Below, in pieces: positions 47,849 to 62,074 of a stretch of 64,000 bases of DNA; within the stretch, counting starts at the first letter, position 1; every line of letters starts with the position of its first letter. The DNA comes from Takakia lepidozioides. Taxonomy: Eukaryota; Plantae; Bryophyta. A program made the translations under genes and the position numbers. The notes beneath the pieces were generated by a model, which did not search any database, was not told where the DNA came from, and was given only the letters and a program-made list of their open reading frames with translations. The DNA lies in the NCBI GenBank assembly GCA_030704615.1, contig CM060733.1, positions 61,256,001-61,320,000 of the forward strand, given 5' to 3'.

Positions 47849-50800
47849 ATGGAAGAAGCTTTCCCAAAGGGTGGAGCCGATTGGGTGGAATATGTGCATG
47901 CCCCTCGCCACAAAGCAAAGAGAAGGTACTGGTATGAGCCAAGTGAGTACGATGCTAAAATAATAGAAGCATTTTTGGACTTGCGCGTATGAAGGAGAAA
48001 GAGAACTGGCCAAAGGATCGATTTCAGTGCCCATTTTGCCCCGACATTGTCAATGACAAAGAGACTCTAAACCACCATGTCCTTGATGGAGGATGCAAAG
48101 GTATGGTCCCTGAGAACTTCAAGCCTTGGCCCAAGCCAAGTTCGTCTAAGACTGCAAAAGAAATCACTGCAAAGTGTAGGGGTGCACCTGCCGTCGCTCG
48201 GTTTGCTGAGGAAGTGCGGTAGCGTTATTACACTGAAGCCGGCCTGCTGGGCCCCAGCCGCGTTGTGCCAGTGAAGAAAAGGAAGCTCAATGATGGAGCT
48301 AAAAAAAATGCAGACCGCAAAAATCACAAATCCGCTAGTACCAGTACTGGCAGACCACGGGATATGAGAGTGACTAGCAAATAATTGCAACCAGGTCGGT
48401 CCCAGCAGACCAGCACCAGCAGACCACAGGCTACCGTTCGAACTTTGTCATCCAGTGGGGATGACTCAAGTGAGGAAGACTCCCATGAAGAGGAGGATCA
48501 TGTTCAGGACATGTCAACAGAGCCGCCGCGACTAGTTGTGAGACCGTACTTGGTGAACGACCCCATTGGGTACGCCCCACCGGTACATGACATAAACCTA
48601 GACTCGGACACCCCCATGGAGGAATCACACCCTCAAACAGACCCACGAAGCACACCACATATCAGACCCAACAAGCAGACCAAGAAACAGCAGACCCTGA
48701 CTGACGTTCATGGTGATGTAACGGGTACCCCTGTCCGCCCTGGCACATTGTACCTTCTTCCCCACGGTCTTCTGCCAGACTAGTACCCAGATGAATCAAA
48801 TCCGGAGTTTTTCCCATTTTTGTATGGTTACGTGAGATCAGGGCAGATACAGCAGACCATTCACACAGTAGAGAAGAAGTGGGTGGAGGCACGATCACAC
48901 CCAAGGGATGAAGACTACAACGGCCTCCAAGTACTTGACCACTCTTTCTATGATCTACCGTATTTGAGTGTTTCGATTTCCTGGTTGCAATGAGTGATAT
49001 ACTATGCTGGGTGTTGTATGTGTGGTCTGCTGCTGTCGGTCTACTGTTTTGGGTCTGCTATTCTGTACGTGGTACTGCATTACTTGTTCCGGCTGTGGTC
49101 TGTTGCATAGGTCCACGGACGTGCGTCTACTTTCCCCTGTTGCAAATCATGGTATAGTGTTCTCTATTATTGTTATATATGTGGTCTGCTGCGAACGGTC
49201 TACTGTTTTGGGTCTGCTTTTCGCAACATGGTACTGCATTGCTTTGAGAGGGTGCTACTGTCGTGGCTGTGGTCTGCTACATGGGTCCACGGTTGTGGTC
49301 TACTGCTATGCTCTACTGGTCTTCTGGGTGTGGTCTATTGATATGGCCTACTGGTGTTATGGTCTACTGGTCTACTGTCATGGCCAATTTGGGCTGGTCT
49401 ACTGGTCTATGGTCTAGTGGTCTATTGTCATGGCCAATTTTGCTGTTTGTTATCAGGAGGCGAATGCGCAAGACAACCGAGTGTACAGGGCTTTGCAAAT
49501 ATGGAAGTACAGGTCCAACGGTCCTCACTTGGAAAATAGTACACTTGTCCGGAATGAGGTCCGTGATATTCGCGACTACATCCTGAGTTTGTATCAGTGT
49601 TGTGTGGGTTCTGCCTTTTTAAGGAACCCGCCGGGTCCGGGTGCGGGTTTTTTTTCGGAGCCAAGTCCGGGTCCGGATCCGGGTTTTTGAAATTTGGAAG
49701 ATCCGGGTCCGGGTTTGTCAACACGGACTCGGGTTAGGGTCCGGGTAGTTGTTGGGAAATATTAGCGGGTTCACGGGTTCGGATCCGGGTCCTAATTTCT
49801 TGATTAAATAAATTAGAAAACAAGATTAATTAGAGATAAAATTATTTTTGGCTGGAAAAAAACTTTAAACCCTAATAATGAATTTTATTTTAAGAGACAT
49901 TCCTTCAAAATATACCATGAATATGAATATGTATACCATGAATAAGAATTAAAATAGAAGTTTGAGTTCTATTTTCTATTTTTCAATATCAATTCTTTAA
50001 ACATGTTAAGAATAGTAATACGCCTCAAGGTAGATCACTATAGCATGGATGTGTGGGATCCGGCCTAATAATAATATATGACGTCTCCTTTGGGAGGTGT
50101 AAATTATGGTCCCATAGGGCACAACTTTGTGACACCACTCCGTGGATTGAACCCACAACCGCTTTTGAGGTGGTATGTGGGCATTACCACTGGGCTACAA
50201 CGTGGTGGGGCTGGCTGCTGCTGTGGCCTATTGCTGCTCGTCCCCTCCACACATATGACAAAACCTACTAGATCTAAGGTGGACCCCGCATGCCCCATCT
50301 CAAATTAAGACCTGGACCCCGACCCGCTACATTGGCCCGCGGACAGCGGGTTTAACGGGTTCTGGACCCAGCAAGCGGGTCCGGGTCCGGTTCCGGTTCA
50401 GTTTAGAAATGGACCCGGGTCAGGGTCCGGGTTTTTTGTGATAGCATGGGTCCGGGTGCGGGTCCGGGTAACCCGGATCCTAACCCGTCGGGTACCCGCC
50501 TTCAAAACCTGGACCCGCACAACACTGGTCTATATCCACAGTCGGCCGATGCCATTGCATCAATTCAGGATGGTACCACTGGCCCCGCAGCAGGCCTCCC
50601 TCCGTTTGCGGCAAAGGCTTTTGAGAGCGCCAGTCAGACTAGCAGACCCGGTTCAGTGGACCTTTCTTTCATGACATGTCCTCCAGCGGACCTTCGTACG
50701 TCTGCAGCAGACCCGCAGTAGACCACATTGCGTGGCCGAGCTGATTTCCCATTTGGCAGACCATGGCGACCTCCACAGCGGTCTGCAACTGATGAGGAGG

Positions 50801-53800
50801 ACCCCACTCTTCCGAAGTTTCGTTGTGGGGAAAGCAATCGGCATCTCGACTGGTACAATGAGCTTCACCGCATCGTCGCCTCCTGGTGGACCTTTGCTCC
50901 GCAGCACTCCTCAATGGAGTTCACGGCGGAGGAGGCCACCCGTGTTTTGGACAAAGCCACTGAGTATGGAGTGGCGCTTCTGGTAGAGGAGACCGAGCCA
51001 CCGCTTACCGCGTAGTTCTTTCTCATGCATGACCCACGCCCACTGGACATAAGGCACATGGCCATCGCCCACCCAATATTTGGTGTTCGTCTGAAACACT
51101 TAGCGAGCTTGACAGAGAGTGCTTTTCAGGAGATGGCAGATTGTTTCCTCCACCGTCAATGGATGCATTTGGCAATTTCAGGTCTTACACCAAATTAAAA
51201 AAATACCTTCACAATTTGCGGATGGACCTGCTGCACGGAAGCGAAGAGGCTCGGGAAAGTATCACGCAAGACGCCATGATGTGGTTTGTGACTGTGCAGG
51301 AGCGTACGGTTTTGGACATTGCAACAACAAACGACATGCTTTCCAAGTGCTCTGGAGCGGGTTTCCAGCAGAGGACCGTGTTGCAGCTCTGGGAGAGCTT
51401 GACGAGGCCTTCATGGATCGGCTGATGAAAGATATTGGGCTGTGGACCACAGTCCTAGATCATGGTATGTCATCAGACCTAAGAGACCTTGTTAACAGAC
51501 CTTGTCGGTGACCCTGAACGTAGACCTTCTCGCAAACTTTATCCCAGACCATGTGAACCATGACAACCAACAGACGTTGTGAAGTAGACCACGTCAAGCA
51601 GCAAACCCCCATGTATTCTTCCATTTGTTAGCAGACCAGGGATGAGTGCTTTGTTTCTGACAATGTTTGTGACATTGTTGCAGAGTACGACCTGGAAGAC
51701 GAGCTTGTTCGGAATGCTCTTGACCAATACGCCAATGGCGCACGGCAACTTCTAAGAGCCCTCCGTGGCCATATTGGGGTCGAGTCACCCGTTAAATGCA
51801 TGCTCATTAGAGTTCGTACAACAACAGACCCTTCATCTACACAGAACCCAACTCCCATGGAGTCCCAGGAGGACCGCAGCGAGCAGACCCTTCGCAGCAA
51901 AATCCGAAGTACCGACATGCGAACCAGCAGACCTTGTCGATGGAGAACAAGGAACAGCAGACCCCCGACTGGATTGTCAATACTCCCCAGCCAGACAATG
52001 TGGTGGGACACCCAAAGTCCGAGGCCCTTTTTCTCGGATCGTTGGCCAGACTTCGTGAGACTCGTTTGGGTGACAAAAATTTGTACTTGCCAAAACAGAC
52101 TTTCGTGGAGGCATTGCACACCTTACCCGAAATTACCGGGGAGACATTGGTTATGCAGACCTTTCCAGATAACGTCCACCTTCCCAGAGTAGACCGCTGC
52201 GGTGGAAAGCAGACCAGAGCATACCAGACCACACCAGACCACACAAGACCAGACCAGACCGGAGGAGTCCCCACTAGACCAGACCACACCAGACCACACC
52301 AGAGCGAAGGACTCCAGACGAGCCGAGTGCACAACAGACCAGACCCCAGAAGACTAGAGGATACCAGACCAGAGCACACCACACCAGACCATATCAGAGC
52401 ACACCTTTCCCGACTAGTGCAGACCTGATCAAACCTTGCCGGACCAAAGGAGAGAAGATCAGATCTTGCCGGAGGACACCCTGCATGGGACATTGCTTGA
52501 CAACAACACCGCAGAAGTGCATCGCGACGCAGGTATGGGCGCTGACACCTCACCATTCCAACATCAGCAGACCCTGCCAGTGCAAGACATCAGACCATCT
52601 GACATTCATGAAGACCTGGCGGAAAAAACCTAGGAAACGACGCCGATCCTCCCTGGCACTTACGAGTTGCCGAAAATGAGATGAGCAATTCTTTTCCCCC
52701 CCACTGCAACATTTGCTGAGAAGCAGAGAATGGTAGTGGACTTTACCCTTGTCACCAGACCTTCTGACATAGCACAGCCTGAACAGAACCGAGAAGGCAT
52801 CAGTGCTCATTTATCCATAGTACAGACCAATTCTGCAATTGCAACTATGGACTATAACTGTGACAGTTTGGTCTGTGACCTTCCCCATCTGTTAGAGGCA
52901 GGGTCTACAGAAGATGATGATGCATCTTTGGCCATTTTGCCGCTTACTTGTGTGGACCCCGACTCCTCTGTAGACCCACAACTGGCATTAGACCAATCCG
53001 TTGATAGGGTGCTCCTTATGTTCGACTCCACCACTGACAAGGTAGACCCCACAGCAGACCATTCAGCAGACCTTGCCGAAACCCATGCACATGTTTCTGT
53101 CCCTTCTCATTATCTGGATCCAGTCACTATAGTCAAAGATGTACCTGCCACAGGAGTGGCGCAATTGCAGACACCCACAGCGCCCACAAAGGTCAGATTC
53201 CATTGCATTTTTGCAGTCCAAGAGAAACAGGAATCCGAGGCTACAGACCGATTGCTTGAGTTGTGGTGTAGGTTTTATCATAAGGATCTCGATGTCAAGA
53301 CATTTAATGATGTTGCTATCTTGCCGACGTGTGGGTTTGGAGTGTAGTGAAGATTCACTGGAGTGCAGGTCAGGAACGGGTTCGCTCGCAGGTGGAGCAC
53401 GGATTGACAATGCATGGTATGGGCAAGGATCTGAAGACCTGCAAGTACATACTGGTACCAATAGTTGATGGGTAAGTGTCCTGCATTTCGACTGTTTTTC
53501 TGCCCTTTATCATTGGTCCACCATCATTGGTCTGCAGCATTGGTACATGGTCTGCCCAGGTCTACCAGTCTGCTGAATGGGTCTGCCATTTTGATTTGCA
53601 GCTTTTCCCTTGTGCTGATGCGCCCTGCAGTGTGGCAGGTCTCATTGGAGTTTGGTGAATATTGACCGGGTGCTCCGCATGCTCACTCATCTGAACTCAA
53701 TCAAGGAGATGCACAAACCCGTGGAGATACTGCCATGGGCTCGAAATGTGTATGGAGCATGTCTCGGCTTGGAGCCACACACGGCGTCATGGGACGAGGC

Positions 53801-54134
53801 CACTGCATTCAATTGTCATGTCCCTGAAGTGCCGCAACAACCCTTTTCGTGGGAATGTGGCTTTTACGTCATGTCCTTTATCGAGGGGTTCTACGACCAG
53901 TTGAAGGGCGATCATGGCAAAGGACTTAGAGAGAGAGGAAAGTCGTTTACCTCAAAGTGGTTTACATTCTGCAATGCTTGCAGGCAACGCTTAAAGTGTG
54001 TTGAGTACATTTTGAAAGCACTTAGTACTATGGAGAATGTAGTTGTAGAGAGGCAGTTGTCATCTAGGAAGATGTCGGACGTGTCAGACTCTTCCGATGT
54101 CCGGGTTATTTCTTCTAGGCCTGGCAATAAATGA
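47849..54134 (+). pseudogene. MULE accessory gene(s): N-terminal C2H2-like finger, C-terminal Ulp1/C48 SUMO-protease domain
   Basis: FQCPFCPDIVNDKETLNHHV; KYILVPIVDG|(intron)|SHWSLVNID..HLNS; VPQQPFSWECGFYVMSF. Exon structure between these is uncertain. Confidence 0.7.
49595..50527. mobile_element. hAT-type MITE
   Basis: TIR CAGTGTTGTG(T/C)GGGT; degenerate 8-bp TSD GTTTGTAT/GTCTATAT; dense subterminal CCGGGT/ACCCG repeats around an AT-rich core. Confidence 0.85.
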
Positions 54135-54888
54135 AAGACATGTCATTTGCTCATCTGGTCTATGGTGCAAGTCTGTTCATTTTTATGTATGGTCTACACT
54201 TTCGTGGAACATTTCATTAGTCTGCTGTCGTGGTCTACTGCTTTACACTCCGTTCCTGGTCTGATCGATGTTATGTATGGTGTACTGCTCGACATGGTTT
54301 GTTGGTGAACTGATGTTATTGGTCTACTGATGTATGGTGTACTGCTCGCCGTGGTCTGCTGGTGAAGTGATGTTATTGGTCTGGTACCCTCCACGGAGTG
54401 GACTTGGATTGGACCACAGTTGTTGGTCTGCTGCTTGGCATAGGTCTGTCCATGAGATAGTGGTCCACTGCTTTTCGTGGTCACTAGACTCAGTGGTCTA
54501 CTGAATTCCATGGTCGCCTAAATTTGGCACAGGTCTGACGATTGTCGAATATTCCATGGGTCTGTTGATTGCATCGTTAGTCCACTGTTCTGTCTTGGTC
54601 TACCCCTTTAAGTGTTTCATTGAATTATGTTTGCTTCATTGCTCTACTACATTGGTCTATTGATTCACTTTCGCTCATTTGTTGACTTCATTGGTCTCTT
54701 TCATCAATCCTTTAAAAGGCACATAAAGGGACTCCCAGATGCTCTGCCGTATTGGTCTACTGCACGTGATCTGTGAACATGGTCTGCGATCATGGTCTGC
54801 CGCATTGGTCTACTGCAGGTGAGTATTGATCTACCGCATTGGTCAACTACAGGTCCTTTCCTTAGCTAGATTGATCATTCTTTCTCAG

Positions 54889-56130
54889 TTATGGACGATG
54901 AGACACCCGCCTCATAGCCGAGTAAACGTGGCTAACAGGGGGAAGGGCAGACACACGTTTCCCCCCATTTAGTTTCATTTTCCGCCGAGCTTGAAAATGT
55001 TCCACAAAATCCTTTTTCCTCCTCAATGACATGTTGTTGTTGTCTTTTACACGATTGAACGCTCGTGCTACAGTCGGGTGTAACATGCCAGAAGTTTTTT
55101 TGAGGATGTCCTGCATCTGTCCTCGGCAAACACGCACCGCAGACAAGCAATGGTGTATAAGGTATGCGTCGTTGTGTACAAGGTCAAGTAGGTCGGTTAT
55201 CTCCCGTTTCAAAATAGCTTCCAACAAGTCTGGCGTGAGCAATGACTTCGCCGTGTTCGGGGTCACGTTTGCACACACATTGTCGTTACCGCTTTCGAGG
55301 TCGCATGTTGCATGCCGTCGTGTTCGTCCAATTTCTCCAACCCACCGTGAACAGTACCGAGGTGGGTACCACATGTCCAGACAATGAGACCGTCTCGCAG
55401 GTCTACTTTTAGCAACTTTATGACCCGAACCTGGTGCTTGTACACATTGCCTTTCAGCACCCACGGGCAGGTGCAACAGGCCCACTGCGACTCTAGATTG
55501 AACACGGTGTACGTTGTATTCGAATCGGAGGAGCTGATAACGTAAGCAGGCTGCCCAGGCGCTGCAGGCAAAGTCGCACGTGAAAGAGGTATATCACGGG
55601 CTACACATATTGCACTGAAAATGTGCTTTTCCTGTTTATCGTTGCAAACAAACCCATGCGTCTTCAGATGAATGCCGTACCAGTAGTGGATAAGTACACG
55701 CCCAGTCAACTCCCATATGAGCCAGTCGGCTCTTCGACTCGTCATTTTGCCTTTGCCCATATTAAGTCTCGCCTTTAAGTTTCCGTGGTATGCCTCGATA
55801 TTTGCATTAGTATCGTGACTTGCATGTGGAATGTTGCGGGCAGCAGTACACCACATAGCGATTTTGGGAACCCAGTACACATGAATGTAGCGGAGGAACA
55901 ACTGACCAGCAAGATATTTCTTTTTCATTGCCTTCAATTTTTTCTTAACCCATTTCACAGCTTCGTCTTCTTTCTGCGGTCCACCTCTGCAATACATAAG
56001 GTCGCCCATATCTGCTAACAATTTTGAGGATGTTCCCGGATCACTGATTTTCTGGCATGATTGCTTGACCCAGACCTTCCGTACATGCCAAAGGCAGAAG
56101 AAAATGCATAATCCTGTGAAACAAACCTGC
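54889..56130 (-). pseudogene. MULE transposase C-terminal half with SWIM zinc finger
   Basis: FFCLWHVRKVW (CxxH), DTNANIEAYHGNLK (catalytic Glu region), WACCTCPW..GNVYKHQ (SWIM); N-terminus cut off by the CACTA-like insertion. Confidence 0.85.
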
Positions 56131-56155
56131 ATGCGGCCACAAAGCGTCGCCCCCA

Positions 56156-56545
56156 GTGAAGTGGAGAAGCCAGCCCTTTCTGGCGACGGCCGGTCATCAC
56201 AAGCCCAAAAAAAAAACCCTTTCTTGCCCTTTCTTTCATCGCAACCCTTTTTTGCGACGCCCGGACGTCGCATGGTGGCATGAAGGCCAAAAGGCCCCTG
56301 CGACGGCCGGGCGTCGCAAACAGCCCGGCTGCCATATTCTTTCAAATAAAAAAACATGTCACATTTGGGGACGGCGTGCCGTCGCCAATTGTGACCCCCG
56401 ACCTCATAAATCCATTCTTTCATAACAAAAAAACAGGTCGTAGTTGGCGACGGTTGGCCGTCGCCTTTTGCGACCCCCGGCCTTATAAATCCTAAAAACC
56501 GCGTCGCAGGTTGCGACGCGTGGGGGTCGCAGACAGCGACTGCAG
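56156..56545. repeat. CACTA-type subterminal repeat field
   Basis: More than 10 direct and inverted GCGAC(G/C)/CGTCGC motifs, many as short palindromes; no intact CACTA pentamer found at the boundary. Confidence 0.7.
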
Positions 56546-56884
56546 GACTTTATAGGTTTAGGTTTAGGGCCTTTGGGGGTTCTTAGTTTTTTTTTTTTTC
56601 ATATGGTATTGGGGTAGGGTGTTTGTTTTTCTTTATGGTTTAGCTTGTTGTTGTGGACCTTCTTGTAGATTGTGACATTCATTTTGATAATTCTCTTGAT
56701 ACCACATCTGTATGTGTTGATCCAACATATTCATTGCCTATGTCTTCTTTCTTGAAAGACTACCAACCACAGCCATATTTGATCAATCATAGAAATAAAC
56801 TACAATATGCATGTACATGTACAATCGATCAAAGGGATGGGTCCAGTTCGGTGCGAGAATTGTTATATAGCTTCGATTTTGTGT

Positions 56885-59800
56885 CTAATCAACTTGAACA
56901 TCATCATCCGGAGCTTCTTCATCCTCATCAAGCTGCAAGTCTTCTTGGTCGTTGGAGTCATCGTCATAAATGGCCCGGCCCTCAAAAGGCACCTCCGAAT
57001 CATTCTCCACCTCGTTGTCAATGGTTGCGTCTTCGTCTCCTTCTCCAACATCTGTATCTTCTAGAGCTTCATCATATAGGGTCCATGATGCATTGTCCGG
57101 GGCGTCATCATCCTCTTCTATCCCCTCTGCCCAACCTCCATCATCAGCATCATTATGACCAGTCTCTCCGTCCACCGCAATTTCCTCACCCCATGGAGAT
57201 CCAAGACCATGATAGATACGTCTTCTTCTTGGCTGAGCATGCACAACCACCTTCCAATTCCCCCCTCTTGTTTTATCATCGGAGAAGAAAACTTGCTCCA
57301 TGTCTGAAGGACGTGAAAAAGACTCATCGGAGGGACGATGGGTAGGGTTGAGCCTATCTGCATTGACGCGCATGAAACCACAATCATCTTGCACTAGTGT
57401 TGCGGAGGGCCCCACAAGATGTGGCTGGAACCAACTTCTCTTGAAGAGAAGAGGCCGGTACCTTGTATACTGAAGTTAGAGTATGCTCTCAAGCTCTCCA
57501 ATGTACTCAAGTTTGCTCATAGCAGGTCGTGTATCTCCCTTGCCCCACACGGAATCTTGCCAATATGTGGCACACAAGCCAGAATCAAAGGTTGTTTTGG
57601 GCTTCATGTCAAGAGCACGAATGCGGAAATGACGACCGTGAACCCAAACCGCCGTGTATGAGGTCGCGAATTGAGAGGGGCCCTTTCAATGTCTTGCACC
57701 AAATCTGAAACCACCTTTCCTTGAGCAACAACGTCATAAACTGAAGTCCGAAGCCACTGTTGGAATGAACTTAGAGGCTGCAATTCTATGGGCAAATTTT
57801 GTGAAGGAACATTCCGGCGGCCCGCTGCTCGTCGTGGGCGTCTAGTAACCGGCCTTGGATGGTCCGTCTCCATGCAAGCGTCTCTTCCTCTCGTTGCTAA
57901 ACAAGATTATTGTATCTTGCCTCCCACTCATGTATGGATGGGGTGTTCTTCAGTATGAAGTCATGCGCTTGCTCAATCACCAAGGTCGGCAATTTTACCC
58001 TCTTCGATTTTTTGGGCAAAACGATGTCTTTGGTTCGTGCATCCTCCTCTTCCTTCCACATCCGAGGGGCTTCCTCATCCACCCTTATCATGTACTCCGT
58101 GCAATAGAACATAGCTTCTTGCAATGTATACCCCTCCGCCATGCTACCCTCTGGGTGCGCCATTTGTCTTACAAATCCTTTCAAAGTCTTCATATAACGC
58201 TCAAGGAAGTACATCCACCGAGAATGAACGGGGCCGACAATCGAAGCCTCTTCCACTAAGTGCACTACCAAGTGCACTTGGATGTCAAAGAAGGAGAGAG
58301 GAAGGTGCATCTCCAACATACACATTACCTCCGCCGCCTCCTTCTTCATGCGTGGAAAATCTGCTTCTTCCAACTCTTTGGAGCAAATCCACCGGAACAA
58401 GCCTCCCAATCTATAGATTGTCTCACGACCCTCGGGAGTCAATGTTCCACGTACTGCAATGGGCAAGATGTCTTGCAATAGATTGTGGTAGTCATGAGAC
58501 TTCAAACCATGGACCCCGTCTTCTTCGCTGAACTTCGTACGGAGGGATGACCCACTATGTGTTCGGACAGCACTTATGGTAGCTATCACTTTCTTGTATT
58601 CCTCCTTTGTCCATTGCCAAGGTGCGCGCCTATATTTCCACCGTACAACACCATTTGGGTCCACACCATTTTGTTCGGCCCATAGATGGCGCATGCGACC
58701 CTGCTCCTCAAGCTCCTTTCTAACACCAAGAGAATCTCCTTTTGCAGCCACTCCCTTCTTTGTCGGCGTGCCATGAAGAACCCAAAAAAGGGACGAGCAG
58801 ACATTCTTCTCAATATGCATGGGATCTAGAAGATGGCGAATCTTCAGGTCCTACATATATCCCCACCCACAAAGACTTACACAATTTTTTTTTACGTGAA
58901 AGTGACAATGCAACGCATACCAAATGTGCAATATCACATGCATGCATAGGGATATTGATGGTGTTTTTGAGGAATATGTACCGCCCAATATGACAACTCG
59001 TAGAAGATTGAAAGTCGTTTCATGTCGGGCACGTCCACTTCACCGTCCGTGCCCGCATGGGCCTCCTTCCATCGGTCCTCCCAAAACTTCCCGGACGGTG
59101 TCATAGGGGGGGGGACGTACTTCCTCTTTGCCATCAAACAAGTGTTTCTCTCTTCTTCTCCATCGATGGCTCATAGGAAGAAATTTGCGGTAGTTGGGAT
59201 ACATCATCTTGTGAAGATGGCGGGAGCTATGTGCATCAAGATCATTGCATAATGCAAGCATGCATGGTACCCTTTGGTGCTTAGCCCCGAGCAAAAAGTT
59301 AGTCATGTACTACACATCCCGCCACATTAGCAAAAACAAAAAGTTGTCATGTGCATGGCCCATAATGCCATCTACCCCACTACGGTACACAAGACTATCG
59401 CCGCTACTTCAATCAATCCCAATCCTCATCGATATTATCCGGCATTGACAAGTGAATGTACGCGGGTTGTTCATGGGGAACATAATATACCTGGATAATC
59501 ATGCATTGTCCAAAGCAAGATGTCTCTCATCTGAAAAGATTGTCCGGCCATAGGGTCAAGTGAAGCATCCAATGTCGGGCCCCCCCTCCACAACTCCTTA
59601 AGTTCATCAACAAGAGGTCGCAAGTACGTGTCCATGTTTGTCACTTGTTTTTTCCCTATGAGACATTCACGTCATTGTTTCAATGCTCCACCAATATGCA
59701 AATTATACTACAAAATGAATTACACGTCTTACTCCATGATTATGTCACTCATCAATCTTGCATCCGAATTGCGTCAGAGATCAGAAGTTTAATGTAAAGT

Positions 59801-61070
59801 CTAAGGCAATAAAAAACATGAAATGAGTACACTCACCTGGCACAATGGCAGCCAACATGATATGGCATTTTTTAATTGAAAGATACGGAGGGATGTTATA
59901 ATTCACCATGGTCACCGGCCAAGTGGAATGACTACATGACTGGACAGAGAATGGGTTGACCCCATCCGAGGAGAAGCCGAGGTGGACATGTCGTGGGTCC
60001 TCCAAAAGAAAAGGCCACATCTCTTCAATATGCCTCCATGCTTGTGAATCTTGTGGCCTGCACACCTTTCCCGGGGGGCTCCGATGCGAAACGTGCCATC
60101 TCATGAGTCTGGCCAATTCGGGGCTTCGGTACTATGCCCTCAATCGCGGGATGATCGGAAAGTAATGCATTTTCTAGGATGAAATACCCCACGTCCCCCA
60201 CATGTAATCATCCCATTAGCACACGTAATACAACACCCTTATGTCTTTTCCTTTATGCAGCCTCTCCCTCATTTGGGTGTGAATGGTCAAAACCGAACGT
60301 CGCTCCTTCCACTCCTCACTCGCTCCTTCCAAAACCACAATCAGATCTTGCATGAGTACTACTCTCTAAACCCTAAACTTTGTGGAATACACTTTACATA
60401 CATTGAGAAGATTAAATAAAGTAATCTTCATGCGAGGAAGAATGACGCTTATACCTTGCATGGTACTTTTTTCCCTTGGACAACATCCCGATATCGGTCT
60501 TTCTTGCACTTTGGGCACTTAGTGAGATGCGAATCCTCTCCGTAGTATAGGGTTTTATCACATGGACATACATGAAAAATCTTATAGCCCATTCCCACAG
60601 AGTCCAAGATTTCGCGCGCCTCTTTCCGCGACCGTGACATCTTGGGTTTCAAGTGTGGAGCAAGGATATAGTCTGCAATAGTTCGCATTATGGCAGACAT
60701 CCCAACATTACTTATGCCAAATTGAATTTGAAGATTGAGCAAAAGTAAGATTGTTGAAAGTCAACTCACTTTCGTCCCTTCGTACAAGGGAGTTCTCGCC
60801 TCCCTCTCCATGTCATTTGAGGGGGCCATTGCAGGATCATCGATTGGTCGGGTTCCCTCTTCATGGGATGCATCAGCGCCTACATGATGCATTAAGAGAT
60901 CCTCCATGGCTTGCACATCCTCCTCGTTAATTCCATGCTCATTGTTGTTGTCACTGTCACTGTCACTGTCATCGTCATCATCATCCGGTACCGTGGGGGC
61001 GGCGTCTCGCCCATGGCTCCCGCCTGATGTACTTGGGTTATTTTCGGATGGGGTGCCAAGAGAAAGGACC
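56885..61070 (-). pseudogene. CACTA/En-Spm (TNP2-like) transposase, multi-exon, decayed
   Basis: HVCPCDKTLY..CPKC..RY; LGFSSDGVNPF..STWPV..NYNIPP; MHDYPG; MHIEKNV; LKSHDYH; FFDIQVHLVVHL..GPVHSRWMYFLERYMKTLKGFVR..PEGSMAEGY; QVFFSDD..WKVV. Confidence 0.93.
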
Positions 61071-62074
61071 GGGAAGGGATGGACAAAGTCTTGATATGAA
61101 CAAATGAACATAGAGACATATATTATAATGTGTCATTGCAACCATACACTTCATTATAAGCGAAATGCAAACAACAACCTTCAATGTGTGCGTGCATCAA
61201 CTATGTCATTCAATAATTACTGTATGTGCGCAACGTACACGCATGCAAAGTTTCAAATAATTCCCCCCCCCCCCAATGACGCATTCACCCTATCAACCAA
61301 TTTTTGTTTATTAATGTGAAAGAAAATCCTCTCATGCCATTGCACCCAACAAACGGATGTGGCTCAAGCTTCATTTTTTCCTACATGTGCTTAAATATGT
61401 GTGCAACACTTTTACAAAGATCCAGCAGAAAAAAAAACATTTGCCTCCCCAACGACACACTCACCCTTGCACCAATTTTGAATTAAATCGAATTTAAATG
61501 AATTTAAAATAAATATTTGCAGTTAGAAAATATCTGATTGCGGTTTTGAGGGGCGTAATGATTTTATTTTCAGCTCTATTTTGTTTTGTGACATCGAGCT
61601 TTGCACCACTACATCCATGCAAAAAATTGGACCAAAAACAAATGGAAAAAAAATAAGTGTGTTTCTAGGGTCACTTTTGCAGAACTCTCTATGAAGAGTG
61701 CATGAAGTTACAAATATTTCAACTTTGGAGTGTAAATGAGAGAACAAAATCTGGTTATGGGTCGAAATGACTTCTTTTTACTCCCAAATTTTGCACGCAC
61801 ATTGCATATGCTACCATTAAGCATATGGCTTGAAAATGAAAAAAAAAAAAAAACCATCTGCAGGCGAAATGCAATTTTCCGTCTCTATGACACATAGCTG
61901 CGTTCAACACTAGAATGACCCATTGAATAAACTTGGTTCAAGCTCATATTTGGTCCACATGTGCATAAGTATGTTTAGATCACATATGCAAAGTTGCAAC
62001 CCACACGAGCAACAAGAAAAAAATTTAACATCAATCGATTAATCGGATGTATACAAAGTACATCATGAGAATAT

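Larger units (their letters stand above)
46225..56150. mobile_element. Mutator-like element (MULE) with Ulp1 gene and SWIM-type transposase; left part probably continues at about 23474-23619
   Basis: Convergent Ulp1 and MULE transposase remnants; YAGACC motif dense throughout; GC-rich sequence continues across the Gypsy TSD. Termini not established. Confidence 0.7.

Noticed and set aside
56131-56423. N-terminus of ORF 55263-56423 as real transposase sequence
   Set aside because: It is read-through into CACTA subterminal repeats; MULE motifs start only below about 56130.
56556-56570. Telomere-like GGTTTAGGTTTAGGG
   Set aside because: Only about two units; too short to call an interstitial telomeric array.
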